A stretch of DNA of 64,000 nt from Bugula neritina (lineage: Eukaryota > Animalia > Bryozoa). The position numbers were made by a program, and so were the translations under genes. The notes beneath the pieces are model-generated. The model was not told the origin of the DNA. It searched no databases and saw only the letters and a list, made by a program, of their open reading frames with translations. The stretch lies in the NCBI GenBank assembly GCA_964035545.1, contig OZ037768.1, positions 7,596,741-7,660,740 on the forward strand, written 5' to 3'. Positions 60,869 through 64,000 of this stretch are shown here, piece by piece; position 1 is the first letter of the stretch; every line of letters starts with the position of its first letter.

Positions 60869-63722
60869 ATGAGTACAGACTATGATAAGAAGAGAATGTT
60901 GCACCTTGGGACAACTCCTCGACAAGAAATATCTATCCAAAAAGAGATTGATGATGTAGCTCTAAGGACTATCCATGAAATAGCTTATCTGAAAAATGTT
61001 AAGGCCAATGAAGAGCCTAGTGATGTAGAAAAGATAACAAAGTATGTCCAATAAAATACCATTGCTTAATATACCATGTCCCATGTTTAAAACATGCTTG
61101 CATATGTTTAGTTTATGTGCCTGCTTAAAACTTCAAAACCTATTTTGCCATCTTTATTTGCTTTTAGCAAAATAATAATTTATTTGTAGAAAGCTTGAGC
61201 CAGACTTTGTTTCAAAACGACGGTTTGAACTCAGAAAGTCAAAGCCTGTTTTCCACGAACCTGGCACTGCACAGCCTAAAACACCGAGAGTGAGAAAAAA
61301 GTTCACCAACTTCAAGCTTACACTAATTATTGAATTTTAAAACTACAAAAATATTTATGATAGGTAAAACATAGAGTATTTTAAAAGGATTTTTCTTTGT
61401 TTTAGCCTCCACCAGAAAAACTTGCCAATGTGCCTGGTTACAACCAGCTGGAGAAGCCACTTGTTAATCCAATTTTTACTGGCAAAACTAAGAAGTACCC
61501 ATATAGTAAGGAAGGCAAGGTAACTACAGCTGATATGGTGAAAGCAAAGCGGTCATCTGTTGGGGTTTTGCCTAATTCTAGGCAAACTACAGAAATTCAA
61601 AACCTAAATATACTGCTGGAAGGGGAAACACCGGGCTCAGTTGCACAAACTGGGCTTCACCATCATATCGATGTTGTGAGCAGTGTTAACAATCAAGTGG
61701 ATTTTCATTTTGGTGAGTTGTATTGATCCTACTATATTTATGATACTTTAGATGGAATCAGAATTTTTAGTAATTAAAAGTTTAATTATACATTAGTTTG
61801 AAATGCTCATTAACTGGTAGTTGAAGATACAGAGTGTGGAAAGTATAGAATACTAATAAATTGGTTGTTATATGAATACATTTTGTTGTTGAACTTCATT
61901 TCAAATAAATTGTAATACTCATGTTGAAAATTATATAATGTTATTTAATGAAGAGTTAATTTATGATAGGAATCGGCTCAAACTGGAATATCAAATGCCT
62001 ATTTACTTTTATGACCACCATGACTAGAGTGTTCCAAAACTTTTTAATCTATAATGGCTCATATTTGAGTAAATTACTGAGTTTTGTGCCACACTTCTCT
62101 AGTTAGCTAAACTCACATCCAATTTTTATACCAGTGAATAAGTATTCATAGTTGAACTATGATTGAATTAGCACATTAATAAATGTAGTGTTGAGATCAC
62201 CCAGTTGCCCCTGTAGTGTAATGGTGTAGTAACTTTGTGGGTTGAATGAAACTAAGTGCTGAACATGTCTCTTTGTAAGAGAAAACAAGAGGCAAGGTAT
62301 TCTTCAGTAGTAGCAATCTTCATTTGTAGCATAAAGTAGTGGTCTTCAACAGGCGAGCTCCAGTGGTAGACTGAACTACACTGGAACTCGCCTGCTTTTA
62401 TATACACAAGATAAAAGAAAAAGATCCTTTTGTTGTCCAAAATCGGAGTCGGAAATGCTGATCTTCGGGCAACAACATTTAGTATAAGAAAATTATTACA
62501 TGACTTCAAATGGTATTCAGTGCAATTACATTATGCTGAAAGCTTTAACATCAATCACAATACTTAGGCATTAGAAAGCTACCTCAACTTAGTTATAATT
62601 ACAGCATTCAAAATGATACACAACAAGTAATTACAATACTGACGAACGCAGTTACTAGAACTTTCCAGAACAATAGGGGATGAAAATCCATTACAATGGT
62701 TAGCGCACCTGGTTGCAAACCAGAGGTCTCGGGTTCGAATCCCAGGGAGGACAACATTATTTTATAATTTTGTCAGAAGTTGTAAATTATATTCAAAACT
62801 AAAAAGGATGTTTAATAATTATCTGCAGATTTTGGAAGTTATGAAGAGTATAAGAAAAGTGTTACAGAAGTATCTGGCCCACCCAAGAAGCCTGCTATTC
62901 TCTCTCAGACTGGTACAACCTCAGCCGTGGCCATGAGTGAGCGACCTCAGCCAATGGCTAAAAAGCCATCCATTGACTTAGAACTGGCAAAGAAGAAAGC
63001 TGCAGCAAGGGAACGTAGACTAAAAAAGCTACTCAAAGAACAACAATTGAAAGAAGAAAAAGAAAGGCTAGAAAATGAAAAGCAAAATGGCCGCCCTGGG
63101 TCAGACGCTAGCTCCTCTAGTGTCAGGTAAACTCTTTAAAAAAGTTAATTAAATTTTTTTTTAAATCTTGCAAAGTTAGTATACAATGGAAAGTTTGATG
63201 TTGTCATAAGTTTTATGCAGTCGCACTAAACCACCAGTTGCTGTCTTTTAATGACTCACAGAAGTTTTTAGTCACTATCCTTGGGAGAACCCCTAATAAA
63301 AAGATTTTTTTTAAAATGGGCTAAGGACTGTTTTTAATGTGGCACAGGAGCAATTACGATTGGATGTTCTTCCTAACATAACCGCCAGTGGCTGTACTTG
63401 ATTCACTGACCTGGTGCTTACTAGGCCAGCACTCTAACCACTCTACACCATGACTAATCAGCAGATGTGAAATTGTGCCTGTGGGGCGCACAAATAATAC
63501 TTTGGGTATTTAACTGCACGTGTGAATTTTTTGCAGATCAATGCAAGAGTTGGTTGAAGAGGCTGAGAATATTGCTGCTGGAGCATATACTGGATCGAAG
63601 GTGGTTAAAACTTCTAAGATCCGTAAATCTAAGCATTCAGATGTCGTGGCTCCTGAGAAAACTGTAAGGAATGTTGATGAGATTATAGCGAGTCTAAAAA
63701 CTCAGACAATCAAAGGAGAGCT
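60869..63722 (+). CDS. 5' part of a large gene continuing beyond the window; probable TTC6-like (tetratricopeptide repeat protein 6) N-terminal region
   Basis: Exons 60869-61041, 61190-61289, 61406-61712, 62829-63126 and 63537-63722 (last donor tentative), GT-AG and phase-consistent. The exon chain is well supported. The TTC6 name rests on remembered similarity of LHLGTTPRQEISIQKEIDDV and RNVDEIIASL to the long TTC6 N-terminus; no TPR is in the window. Confidence 0.6.
62690..62755 (+). pseudogene. tRNA-Cys(GCA)-like fragment (SINE head or tRNA pseudogene)
   Basis: TGGTTAGCGC (D-arm/A-box part), anticodon arm CTGG-TTGCAAA-CCAG, AGGTC variable loop and T-arm GGG-TTCGAAT-CCC. No pairable acceptor stem is present. 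Confidence 0.6.
63252..63457 (-). mobile_element. tRNA-derived SINE, third copy of the 45.2 kb / 57.5 kb family
   Basis: Shares gtcactatcc-tg-gagaaccc, aaatgggctaagga and gtggcacaggagcaattacgattggatgttcttcctaacat with the other copies. Its head reads TGGTGTAGAGTGGTTAGAGTGC on the minus strand. No clear TSD. Confidence 0.8.
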
Positions 63723-64000
63723 GTACGTTATAAATATTATTTGTTTTCCTATAATTTATATAGCTAGCCGTTTTCTGATTTGTGATCGCTATACCTAGTT
63801 GTCATGTTTTATTAACCAAGACATTTGTTGGTACATATCTTGAGAATATGTTGAAAAATTCTGTTATTATTAGGTTTATTGACTCTAAATACTAAACTAA
63901 AAGTGCTACTGTGTTAATCTAGCGATTGCATCTACTTATTTAAGTTTTGAAATTCTGTTATCTGGTTTCGGAAGTTTTAACATTCTAATGATTGAATAAA

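Noticed and set aside
62690-62755. Functional tRNA-Cys gene
   Set aside because: No acceptor stem can be formed and the outer T-arm and anticodon-arm pairs mismatch, so it is reported as a pseudogene or SINE head.
5801-63722. Minor (U12) or non-canonical introns
   Set aside because: Every modelled intron is GT-AG and none has an RTATCCTT donor.

Overview
AT-rich, intron-rich animal genomic DNA. It is probably from a marine invertebrate or lophotrochozoan, but that is inference from composition and protein style only. Six protein-coding genes can be built by hand from GT-AG exons that keep reading frame: an equilibrative nucleoside transporter (SLC29/ENT, +, 15 coding exons, 545 aa), CCDC96/CFAP184 (-, 10 exons, 616 aa), thymidine kinase TK1 (+, 7 exons, 219 aa), an ETS1/2-pointed transcription factor (+, 9 exons, 585 aa, with a second candidate first coding exon), a RERG-like small GTPase (-, 5 exons, 209 aa), and the 5' part of a probable TTC6-like gene running off the right end. 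Non-coding DNA holds two decayed CR1/L2-type LINE fragments, a tRNA-derived SINE family (two copies with target-site duplications), a MITE, and 14-, 21- and 5-bp tandem arrays. No clearly new system is proven. The best leads are: (1) three candidate ENT first exons predicting different N-termini (dileucine-containing, presequence-like, or short); (2) a 14-bp array beside a TK1 5' splice site that is complementary to the donor and resembles the U1 5' end; (3) an X-box-associated alternative Ets first exon and an apparently broken autoinhibitory module; (4) a Q61-position Tyr in RERG; (5) the ENT-TK1 salvage-pathway neighbourhood. All gene models are manual and have no transcript evidence.
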